In this document: piece after piece, positions 53,918-64,000 of the stretch
Position numbering within the stretch: the first letter of the stretch is position 1
How the letters are laid out: the number at the start of each line of letters is the position of its first letter
Program-made: the position numbers and the translations under genes
NCBI GenBank assembly: GCA_037447605.1
Contig: CM074811.1
Coordinates: 1,860,001 to 1,924,000 of the forward strand
Direction of reading: 5' to 3'
DNA from: Zygnema circumcarinatum SAG 698-1b
Taxonomy: Eukaryota; Plantae; Zygnematophyceae
DNA: 64,000 nt
Notes under the pieces: model-generated
What the model saw: only the letters and a program-made list of their open reading frames with translations
Told to the model about the DNA's origin: nothing
The model's database searches: none

Positions 53918-54314
53918 ATGGGCATTCGTTCGTATAAAGCTTATACACCGGGAACACGAAACAGATCTGTATCACAATTTGAAGAAATAGTTCAATCTAA
54001 ACCAGAAAAGCAATTAACTTCCGGACAGCACCGCAAAAAGGGTCGTAATAATCGAGGGGTTATTACTAGTCGTCATAGAGGTGGTGGTCACAAAAGATTG
54101 TATCGTTATATTGATTTTAAACGTGATAAATATAACATGATTGGACGTATAGTCAGTATTGAATACGATCCAAATAGAAACGCACGCATATGTTTAACAT
54201 CTTATTCAGATGGAGAAAAAAGATATATACTTCATGCGCGTGGAATAGCAATAGGCGATCAAATTTTGTCTGATCCAACTGCTCCAATTTTACCAGGAAA
54301 TGCTTTACCTCTGA
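53918..54314 (+). CDS. rpl2: Plastid ribosomal protein L2, exon 1 (copy 2)
   Basis: Translation identical to copy 1. Confidence 0.92.
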
Positions 54315-54468
54315 GTGCGGTATGAATCGTAAATTTACCTAGTCGGTAATTCTGATTCCGACTTGGCCTACAGCGCGGTCAATTAATNNNNNNNNNNGGC
54401 CACGCCGCGGGCAGGCCGCCTCTCCCCTTCTTCCATAGAGGACGGGCGGGCGGGCCGCGGCGGCTCAC

Positions 54469-54573
54469 TGTCTCGCGGGTCGATGGCCTGAGCGGCGGCT
54501 TCGCGCGGGGCGGCGGCGGCGGCAAAGAGGAGGAGCGCCGCCGCGAGAGAGAGAGAGACCGCGCGCGCGCCAT
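54469..54573 (-). pseudogene. Putative first (signal peptide) exon of the LRR gene, frameshifted by 2 nt
   Basis: ATG at 54573 and GTGAGC donor at 54468. Removing one dinucleotide from the (GA)7 tract gives MARARSLSLAAALLLFAAAAAPREAAAQAIDPRD; removing one from the adjacent (GC)5 tract also restores the frame. Confidence 0.6.
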
Positions 54574-55860
54574 CGCGGCCAAGCGCCCGCCGGAGACACC
54601 AGGGGACGCGGGGGCGGAGGCGGGCAGTATTGAAATAGAGGGGAGAGGAGGGCTGGGTCTCCCTTCGTGTTGACCGGACGTCACGTCACGGCCGCCCTCT
54701 GCAGCCAGTTGGGCGTTCAGCCGCCAGCCAGGCAGGACCGCGTAAACTTATCCTAGCACCGACCTATGCTCAAAGTAACCGTACGCACCGCCGCCCGACC
54801 GTACATGTCCGCGCGCGCGGAAACACAAATTCTGCGGCCAAATCAATGGACATGGATAAAATCAACATGGGGATCCAAAGCGGTCACTAAGGAATCCTTT
54901 TCGTCGTTTTGTGCTAGCCGTCCTGCTGTCACCCCCAACTGGATGTACGTCGGGCGGGGGCATTCGTCCTGTCCAGCCAGAGGCTCACTGTCTGTACATT
55001 GAATTTGTCGTTAGCACCAAGCACAGCCAGGCAGGCAGAGGACAGTTATATACGGAGCTGCCATGTGCGCTCAGTTCAAGCTGGAACGAAACAGCATCAT
55101 GGAAAATGATTTACATGGAGGGCGACCAATCCCCCCGGCCCCGCCCGAACCTGAACCTGAACCTGAACCTCCCCCCGCCTGTCCTGGCCCGGGCCGGGCT
55201 GGAGGCTCGAAACCCGAGGTTCGTTCGTTGGTTCGTTGCAGCCGGCCGTACGGTATGGTACCCGCGGGCGGGCGGCCGCCTGCCTGGCCAGGCCGGGCCA
55301 AGGGCGCCGCGCGCCACGTGGCAAGTGGCACTCGCGGTAGGAGCAGATCCACGAACGTGCGCGCCGAGATTCTCTGCTGAGATTCGTGCAAATCGCAAAA
55401 TCCGCGCGATCTGAGCAGGGCTACCAGATTCCGCTGCAGCGGGTCTCAGATTGTTATCAGATTTGGCGTACGGAATGCGGACCGATGGGATCCTGCTGTG
55501 GCGGCTGTCGTGTAGTGTGTTGCATAATGGAGGCACGCAACAGCAGCGAACGGACGGAGGGATCGGACGGCCGGCCGTACCGTACGGCGTGGGGCTACTG
55601 TAGCATAAAGCCAGTTACAGGGTGCGAGGCCGCTTTTGGATCAGGGGCGCAATATGTCGTTATTCAGGGTTCGGGGTTTTAGGGGGTTTAGGGGCCGGAA
55701 TTTCCTTCCTTTCGCCGATGGAGAAAAAGCTTTTTTTGCTACCTACTTTTTTCTTAAACTCTTAGATTCTATTGTGAAGCTGGTCATTCGCTTAATGGAA
55801 TATAACGAGTTTTTTGTGGCCCAAGGTCGTTTAAATCATCTCTTTTGGAAGCTGCTGAGC

Positions 55861-55864
<4 letters not shown>

Positions 55865-55910
<46 letters not shown>

Positions 55911-55914
55911 TCCC

Positions 55915-55973
<59 letters not shown>

Positions 55974-55978
55974 TCGAC

Positions 55979-56009
<31 letters not shown>

Positions 56010-56269
56010 CCAGTTCCCAGTTCCCAGTTTCTAGTTTCCAGTTTCCAGTTTTCAGTTTCTAGTTTCAACTTTCCAGTTTCCAGTTTCCAGTTTCCGGTTT
56101 CCGGTTTCCGGTTTCCAGTTTCCAGTTTCGACTTTCCAGTTTCTAGTTTCGACTTTCCAGTTTCCAGTTTCTAGTTTCAACTTTCCAGTTTCCAGTTTCC
56201 AGTTTCTAGTTTCCAGTTCCATATTCCAGTTTCCAGTTTCCATTTTGTACTTTCCAGTTTCCAGTTTCC
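55865..56269. repeat. (AGTTTCC)n 7-mer satellite, roughly 55-58 units
   Basis: Near-perfect run with variants toward the 3' side. Ends about 95 bp before the DPM3 ATG. Confidence 0.97.
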
Positions 56270-56363
56270 CCGCGAGCGGTTCGGTGTGCGGGGGCGGGCG
56301 CGCAGAGGGGCGGGCATGGCCATGGCGCGGGCGCCCTGAGGATGGCCGCGTGTTGCCGCAGCC

Positions 56364-57827
56364 ATGCGCCACGTGTACCGGCTGCTCGCGGGGGGGGGCG
56401 CGGCGCTGGCGCTCTGGCTCGGCCTGCTGGCGGCCGACCTGCCGCCCGCGCAGCGCCACGTGGCGGACCTGGTGAGCGCGCCTGCTCCATGTTTGCGAGG
56501 CGTCATATTCCTGCATTTTTTTTTTTTTAGGGTTTGCAGTCGATGGTGCTGCCCGGTATTCAGTGTTTAGTAAGGGTTTCCTGGTTTGCATTAATTTTTT
56601 GAAGGAATTTAGTCATGTGACTACTACGTGGCTATGTCCTCTCCTAAGAAGGCTTAGAAAAGCAGGTCAATAAATAGGTCAATAAATAGGTCAATAAATA
56701 GGTCAATAAATTTTCAGCAGAGAAAGTGGCACCTACTTCATATGTAGAACATGAAAAGTTGTCAGTGATTTGGTCAAGTCAATGGTGCTGCGGAGGTCAA
56801 GAATTTCCATTAAGCCAAGTACGGTTTTGGTAGACAGAAAAGGTCTACATGCTGATTCGGTTCTATGTATGTCTTTGAAAATTCACTGTCCCGTTTAACT
56901 GACAAATGTGAGGTAATTTTATTCATTTAAAGCTCTATTTTCTGACAAAGCCCTAAATGCTAATAGACAAGGTGGGGATCCTATGGACGAGAAATTTTAG
57001 TTTACAGTTGGATAAGATGAACCAAATTACGGACCATAAATCCTGCAATGAACTGCTGTAAGCTTTACTGTTCATTAGATCACGAAAGAAAGAGAAAAGG
57101 AGTCTGAGTGCGGAGTCTGTGGTAGTGACAATTAATAATGATGATTATGATGATTAAGGGGCAGTTTGAAAGACTCTACCAGATGCCGAATTCACTTCAT
57201 GAATTGCGGCTTCTATGGGCTATTTGACACTTTTATGCTCCAAATGCCCAGCATTGTGCTCAAATATCTGATAAGAAATGACTTTCAAAGTCAAGAAAGG
57301 CTCCTCCAAAGGCAAACTGTCTGATGTAGAAGAGGGGTGCTTTGAACTGGGCCTGCACAGTTGCCTCTCTATGCGCTTATGGCGCTAGCCTTCTATGGGC
57401 TGGCAATGCTCGGTTATGGCATCATGGTCTTCCCAACATGCCCCTATGAAGCAGAACTGCTGCAGCAGGTACGCTTCTATTCATACTCGCTGCGCTGTCT
57501 TGTCTTGTCATTCGGTGGAGTGAAGCGCACTCATGGAAATGAACTGCATTTTTCTTGTTGGATTCGGGTCATGGAAATTTTCATATGTGACATGCTTCCG
57601 CCCGTATTCAAGACGAGCACAGGACGGCCTATACCTGGAATCCACTCTGCACACTGTGTTTCCATTAGCTGCTCCTTTGAATGGTTTCGATGTTCATCTG
57701 CAAAGTTCAGAAGGCTTCAACATGCTCAGGGAAGGAACTCTTCACTCTTATGCAGGACATTCGCGAGGCAAATGAATACTTCCAGAAGCATGGAGTCAAC
57801 GTGGGCCTTGCAAAGCCCACTTCGTGA
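56364..57827 (+). CDS. DPM3: Dolichol-phosphate mannosyltransferase subunit 3; exons 56364-56471, 57361-57468, 57756-57827
   Basis: Two hydrophobic helices then LPLYALM...YGLAMLGYGIMVFPTCPYEAELLQQ-DIREANEYFQKHGV. All phase-0 GT-AG joins, 95 aa. Confidence 0.9.
56664..56711. repeat. (AGGTCAATAAAT)4 tandem repeat in DPM3 intron 1
   Basis: Four perfect 12-mers. Confidence 0.9.
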
Positions 57828-59731
57828 CATGGAAGCATGCTCATTCTCAGTCACAGCTTGCAGCAGCTCTTGATGACTTGAACTCCAAGTATGATTGAAA
57901 TGGCGAAACTGACATCGTATTCCATGTAACGCCCCCTTCATTTGTGTCAGAAAAGCTCCAGCATTAGTGCCTGTCTAATACTCATTTGCTGCAGTTTAAG
58001 GCCAAAAATGCGTAAAAAGTGCAGAGGCTGCATGCGGCATCAAATCCTTTGGAAGGAGCCGACGGTCTGAACTGCCCGCATAGACGTTTCCCCTGAGCCG
58101 TTGGATATTGTCAGAGATTTCACAATAACGGACTATGCTGGAATCTGCTTATGGGTACACATGGGAGCGTGCTGATAAGCAGTGGGAAGCAGAGGCGGTT
58201 CGTTACAGGCTCGGCATTCTAATTTCAGAGGTGATCCTTCTGTAATCTTCCTTGTTCAGGCTAGATCTGATCGCAGTTCAGGCAATGTCCTACACCCTTC
58301 TTTTTTGTATAGGGGGCCTTTTTTGTGGTGTCCACTATGACGGACTAGATTTCTGCTTTTTTATTTTATGGTGACTTAGTCCAAATCAGTAGGCCAGTGA
58401 TCCAGGGATTTTTTTTTGCTTATGGCAGTGAGAGAGGATACTGTCCACAACTTTGCCCCCTCCAAGACTGCAGATGGCTCAGTGGGTGGAGCTGCCGCTA
58501 GATGTGACCCTGCGCCCATCCTGTGCCTGTGCCCTGTGCCCTGTGTCCCATTCAAGCTCGCTCCTGACTGCCTGCCCTCCATATCTTGGTTGCTATGCTA
58601 TGCTCATGTCGTTCGTTTTGGATGTTTGGGAAAGGAACACCTTTTGCTGTTTTTTTCCCTTCAAGCTTTGCATGCAAGAGGCGAGATGAGATGATACTGC
58701 AGAACAACCTCACTACCCTCAAATCCCTCCAGAGACAATAAAGCTCCCCCATGCAAAGCTCCCCCCTCTCTCCACTCGGTCCCAGTACACACATTCCAAA
58801 AGGCGTTCAAGCAACAGAGGCTCCCAAGGAAAGGGCAACTTCCGAAATCACATAGGACCCGGGAGGGAGAAACACACCAAGGTGAAATGTGGACGAGCCG
58901 AAGCAACGCAGGAATGACTAAGAAAACTGGCGGCCCACAGGCCCAGTCCGATCCCATGCACACATGCCGTGCATAGAAGTTCCAACGCTGAAAACGACGG
59001 GCATGGAGAGTCCTACACACACTATTCCTTCGCTGCAAACTTATTGTCAAATTCCACGTGACATGAATTCTACGATTGACAAGGAAGCTAATAATTACTA
59101 CATGTAATATTATTTTGCAAGATAAAGCTTGCTAATGTGACAGCACCTTTGCTCTTCTCTGCCAGCTGCTCTCTTCTGGCCATTGACGAGACCAAAGCAG
59201 CACAGCAGATACATCTAACCTGCACTCAACTCAATGGAGCCCCTCCGAGCCCCTTTTGCAGGAAAAGATTCCTCTGCAGGACTCAAAATAAGTTCCTATC
59301 CTCCGCTCAGCAGAGAGGCGGCAACCCTGCTTTCCCCGACTCCTTTCGGTTCAGCTGTACATGTCGGAGGCCCTGGTCAGAGGGTCAAAACCCAACCCTA
59401 AAATTGGGCGAGCAAAGCCATGCAGAGTGACAGTTTCGCTTGACTCTAATGGAAAACTGTGGCATGTCGCGCTGAGAGCGCTGAGTTATCTAAAGTGAGG
59501 GTGGTGTGAACAATGAGAGGGAATTAAATAGACAAAGGGAGGGAGAGTCTTCTCAAGACACGGCGGAAGGGAGAATGGGGGAGGGGGGATTGTGCGGCTT
59601 GCACAAAGGAAGAAGGAGTTCCGCATGACGGAATGCAACTTGGGGTGAAAGTGAGGAGAAAAGATACTATCCTGCCTCCTATGTTCTACATCTCAAAAAG
59701 TGGCCAGAAGCCTGTTCTAGCTCGTTCCCTC

Positions 59732-62700
59732 TCACTGGGAGAGGTCCAAAGAGGCCCCCCCATTGATGCCCTGCTCTCCTGCAGATGGGTCCGGCATCCG
59801 ATTGTCGAGAGAGGGCCACTCGTTGGCGAGAAAGCGCAGGAGGGAGGACCCGTCAGAGGAGGTGGCGGCACCTCCAGGGAAGGGGGGGGGAGGGCCCTCC
59901 ATGGCCCCCCCTGTGGTTTGACTGCGGCTCAGAGAGAGGCTCTCACTGAGGGAGAGAGAAGCAGAGCGGGGACGCAGACGGTCGGGAGGAAGGCGGGAGG
60001 CGCCGGCGGTAACCTGAAGGCCGAGAGAGAGAGGGGAAGAGGGGCCTCTATCTTCTAAGTAGGAGGCGAACTCGGGAGGGGAGTGTGCGGGCTGTGCCGA
60101 AGGGAAAGGGAGAGAGGTAGAGGGAGAAGGTCCTTTGGGATGTGCAAGTGTGGGGTCCATGAGGTGAGCCCACTGGGAGCCCCTACTGAGAGACGAAAGC
60201 TCAAGAATAGGACCTCCTGAGGCATGCAGATTTGCACTATGGCTGCCGAGAGAGCTGAAAGCATGGAGCTGTTGGGGGTCAAGCTGGTTGAGAGGGGAAA
60301 CATCTCCTCCCATGAGGTGGGAGGCTCCCACTTGAGCTGCATCGTTGCGGGAGAGAGAGGCCGCATGGTTTTTGAAGAAGGCGAGGTTGCTGCTGAGACG
60401 AGAGAGGTTGGGGTTGGGACCCCGGTTGCGAGAGAAGGTGGGGAGGGAGGAGCCCTCCGGAGAGTGCAGGCCGGGGAGGGACATATTGTAGGGAGCGAGG
60501 CCGGACATTTGGCTCACGTTGGAAGAGAGGCCCCCCAAATGTGGGTTATGGCCTCCCTCTAGTGAGGCAAAGCCGGGAATGTCTCCAATAGGGACTGAAA
60601 GTCCCCCCGTTCCCTGACCGTTGTCAAGGGGAGCGAGACCGGACACATTGCTGTGGTGAGGGAGGCCTCCCATCTGCGCTTCCATGGCAGAGAGAGGGCC
60701 CCCGCGGCCAAAAAACGAGCCGTTCAGCCGCATGAAGTTGGCGAGTAACTCTTGGTCAGAAAGGAGCTCCTCCCTCCCGCGTCCATCTCCCAACAAGCCT
60801 CCTCCTCCTCCTCCTCCGTTCCGGGGGAAGGAGCGCATCTCTCCAAACCCGTTCAAGTGGTCCCCTCCCCCGTCACTCCCTCCCTCCATGTCTCCCATAG
60901 CTGCCCCCCCCCCCACTCCCGTCAGTCCTCTATGAAGCCCCATCCCTCCCACTCCCACTCCCACTCCCACTCCCACCCCTCCCAGAGGACCCGAGTGCAG
61001 AGCCGCTGCCAATCCGCTCTCATGCCCCCCCAACCGTCCCGCGTCAAAGACCATGGCGTCTAACTCCGTGTTCAGCGAACAAGGGGGGGCAGAGGCCCCC
61101 CTATGCAGCCCGCTTCCCCCTCCCTCTCCCATAGACGAAGGTCGCATAGAGGTAGGGCTCGAGCAGCTCAGACTCGACGACCCGGAACGCTCAAGGCGGG
61201 CCATAGAGCTCGGCTTCAAGAAGGAATGGGCCTGCATTGCTCCCGGGTCGGCCATCTGAGAGACTTCAAAAGACTGCTTTCTCTGCATAAGGGACCCTAT
61301 CCCATTGTCTCCCAAGGAGCCCCTTTGGGAGCCTCCCTCCTCCATGTAGGCCATCCCTCCCCCTGTATCCCACAACCCGAGTTTCCGCTTCTGCCCCCCT
61401 CCTGTGAGTGCGAGAATCTTCTCCTCCAACGAAAAGCCGTCTCCCTCCACTCCCTCCTCCCCCCTACCCCCTCCCTGCATCCCAAAGTGCCCTCCAGAGG
61501 GCTGCGGGAGGCTCCATGGCCCTCCACCCTGAGGGAGGAGAGGGAGAGGGAGGGAGAGACCGGAGGGAGAGTGCAGGGGGGGGTCCACTGTGGAGGAGTG
61601 CGCGGCCCCCGTAGCGATGGAGAGTGCCCAGCGGCACATGGGGAGGTCGGCGTTGGGAGAGAGAGGGGGGACTCTCCCTCCCTCCACCCGCCGGGGGGGG
61701 CCCTTTGGGACACTGCTCTGCTGCGCGTGGTCGGCAATGGCGGAGGTGACTGTGGCGGTGCCTACACCGAAAGCTGCGGCGGCTTTGATGTCCGACTCCT
61801 GCAGGAGAGGGAGAGGAGAGAGGGGGGAGAGGAGGGAGAGGAGGGAGAGGAGAGGGAGGAGAGGAGAGGTTACACGGGGAGCTTTCAAGGAGAAAGGGGG
61901 GTAAATGAAGAGTAGGCGGGGGGAAGGGGGAAGTGGGAGGGAGAGACGAGAGGGAAGGGAGGGGGAAACCTGGGGGTCGAGAAGGATCTTCTGCAGGAGC
62001 TCCGTATACTCTTTCTTCAGAGTCACGTTCCAGTGGTTCTGCGAGGAAAGGGAGAGCAGCTCGACGCTCAGCACAGCCGCCATGGAAGAATGAGAGAAGC
62101 AAGGGCGGAGGGAGAGGAAGGGAGGGGGAGGGAGAGGGAGGAGGGACCTTGATGGCGCTGTCAGTGCGGCCCTGCAGCTGCTTGGCGATGAGGGACCACC
62201 GCGGGCCGTGCTTCGCGTAGCCCAACACAATCACACGGTTCTCCGCCTCCTTGAACGTCTCCTTGTTCACCTGCATGCGAGAGGGAGACAATGAGAAGAG
62301 GGAGACTGAGAGTGGGGAGAAGGTGAGGGAGAAAGAGACTGGGAGAGAGAGAGGAGGGGAGAGGGAGACCGTGTCTGTGAAGGGGAGGGGGACAGTGAGA
62401 GGGAGCGGGAGGAAGAAGAGAGACGGTAGTATTGAGCATCAAACCTAAATGTAGGGAAGGAAACAATTTATGCAAGGGAGACTGTGAGAGGGAGAGGAAG
62501 ACTGAGAGAAAGAGTGGGAGGGAGAGAGAGGGAGACGGTGAGGGCGAGATAGAGGGAAAGGGAGAGGGACGCTGGGAGAGGCCGAGTGAGACAAGGGAAG
62601 TGGGAGACTGTGCGAGGGAGAGGGGAAGGAGCTGAGGGGGAGACAATGAAGGGAGGGGAGGAGATCTGGAAAAGAGAAGGACGGGGGTGCGGAGAAACGG

Positions 62701-63088
62701 GCTGAAAGGCGCAGGACGGGGAAATGCATGTATGCGGTGCGCGCCCTTAGCCACCCTCTCCCACCCCCACGCAGCGAGCAGGAGCCTTGGAGAGGAGAAC
62801 GCGGGAGGCCCTCTCAGCCCTACCTCCCTCCTTCCCTCCCTCCCTCCCCTCCTCCCTCCCTCCCTCCCTCCCTCTCCCTCTCGGGCAGGGCGGGCGGCCG
62901 CGGGCGCGCACCTGCGGGTCGAGGTGGTTGACCCAGCGCAGGCGGCAGCTCTTGGCGGTGCGGCCCTGCAGGCCCTCCTGCGCGGCGAGGCGGCTCCAGT
63001 TCTTGGCGCCCATGCGCGCAACGAGGCGCCGCAGCGTCAGGTCCTCCTTCCGGCTCCATGGGCCCTTCACCTCCCCCGCCGCGCGCAT
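59732..63088 (-). CDS. R2R3-MYB transcription factor with a long Gly/Ser/Pro-rich C-terminus; exons about 63088-62912, 62270-62148, 62039-61971, 61798-59732
   Basis: R2: KGPWSRKEDLTLRRLV...NWS...GRTAKSCRLRWVNHLDPQ. R3: FKEAENRVI...[30 protein letters not shown]. CT-rich introns. Confidence 0.9.
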
Positions 63089-63101
63089 CCTGCCCGCCTG
63101 C

Positions 63102-63145
63102 AACCCTAACCCTAACCCTAATCCTAACCCCTGAACCCTAACCCC
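63102..63145 (-). repeat. TTAGGG-type repeats just upstream of the MYB ATG
   Basis: AACCCTAACCCTAACCCTAATCCTAACCCCTGAACCCTAACCCC on + strand. Confidence 0.85.
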
Positions 63146-64000
63146 TCCGCGAGCGCTCCGGGCCCGCCATGCCGCCCCGCACGCCCGCCCGCGCGCGCGC
63201 CGTCAGCCCTACGTTCCGCCGCGGAGGGAGGGAGAGAGGGAGGGGAAGCGCTGCGGGGCGCCACGTGGCGCGGGCAACGGCCGGGGACGGGGGCTCTGGC
63301 GCGGGGCGGCGCGCGTGCAGGCGCCACGTGGCGGCGCGCGGGCGGGCGGGCGGCGCCGTACGGCCCGCGTTTGGGGCGGCCAATTGGCGCGCGGCGCGGG
63401 GGGCCGCCAGGTGGCGCCATCATTGTGGCGCCGCGCGGCTTGTCGTTTTGGAGCGCCCGCGTTTCACGCTGCCAATCGGGGGGCGGCACAGGGTTTCCGT
63501 ACGGAGGGGTCGTACGGCACAGCGCCGCGGTCGTACCACTTGCGGACAAGGCGGGACCGCCGCCTGGCGCCGCGTGCCGTACGAATTTTGGCAGCGGCGG
63601 GCAGAAAATAAAAAGAACGTCAGTTGCAGGGGAGCGGGCAGTGGAGAAAACATTGCTTTAAGTGAGAAAGGAAACGTTTCTCAGTGCGTCCGGGCAGGGG
63701 TCCTGAAAAGTCCTGGCGGGACTTGGCAGGCGGGCAGGAGGAGAATGCGGGGGAATATGGGAGAATAGTATAGATCCGTATTATACACTTCGAGGTTTAA
63801 TACAATGTATAATACAGTATTAATACAGTATTTTACATTGTATAAAACCCGAACGCAACTGTTAACATCCGTACAACCAGACATAGAGTGGTACGGAATT
63901 TCTGTACGAAAACTGTGTACGGGACTATACGGCCACACGTGTCACACGTGTGGCCTTTCACACGTGTTGAATTGCTGGTTGGCCAATAATCAATCTCTGT

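Larger units (their letters stand above)
52951..54387 (+). other. Plastid-derived DNA, copy 2, bounded by N gaps on both sides
   Basis: About 550 bp of extra AT-rich upstream spacer, then a near-identical repeat of 52051-52940. Confidence 0.85.

Noticed and set aside
52166-54325. Functional nuclear-transferred rpl23/rpl2 genes or a bacterial S10 operon
   Set aside because: No transit peptide, rpl2 is interrupted by a truncated group II intron, and the AT-rich sequence is plastid-like.
55636-56591. ORFs with FQFPVSS or ETGNWKL repeats
   Set aside because: Translations of the stop-free 7-mer satellite.
59732-62230. 832-aa ORF as a standalone protein
   Set aside because: Its N-terminal part reads through CT-rich introns of the MYB gene; only the spliced model gives intact MYB repeats.
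63102-63145. True chromosome end
   Set aside because: Only about seven imperfect units, with unique sequence on both sides.

Overview
Eukaryotic, gene-dense, intron-rich nuclear DNA from a green plant-lineage organism. It is most likely a streptophyte (zygnematophyte-like) alga, inferred from gene content, GT-AG introns and an embedded plastid rpl23-rpl2 fragment with a group II intron. Gene order: 3' end of an unidentified gene; YfcE/MJ0936-type metallophosphoesterase (+); intronless family-16 lysine methyltransferase (-); CLU/FRIENDLY (-) head-to-head with VPS16 (+); isopentenyl phosphate kinase (+); TMEM33/Pom33 (-); a tandem pair of polyubiquitin genes (-), one canonical pentamer and one variant trimer with a decayed unit; a foldback/TIR element; a large (-) strand signal peptide-LRR-EGF-extensin gene; DPM3 (+); an R2R3-MYB (-). 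The LRR gene (about 47245-54573) is the most unusual locus. Its LRRs sit in tandem-duplicated cassettes of one 72-bp exon plus intron, variable at the solvent-exposed residues. Its signal-peptide exon is out of frame by one dinucleotide in a microsatellite, and plastid DNA plus two assembly gaps interrupt it. Exon coordinates were read by eye and some are approximate.
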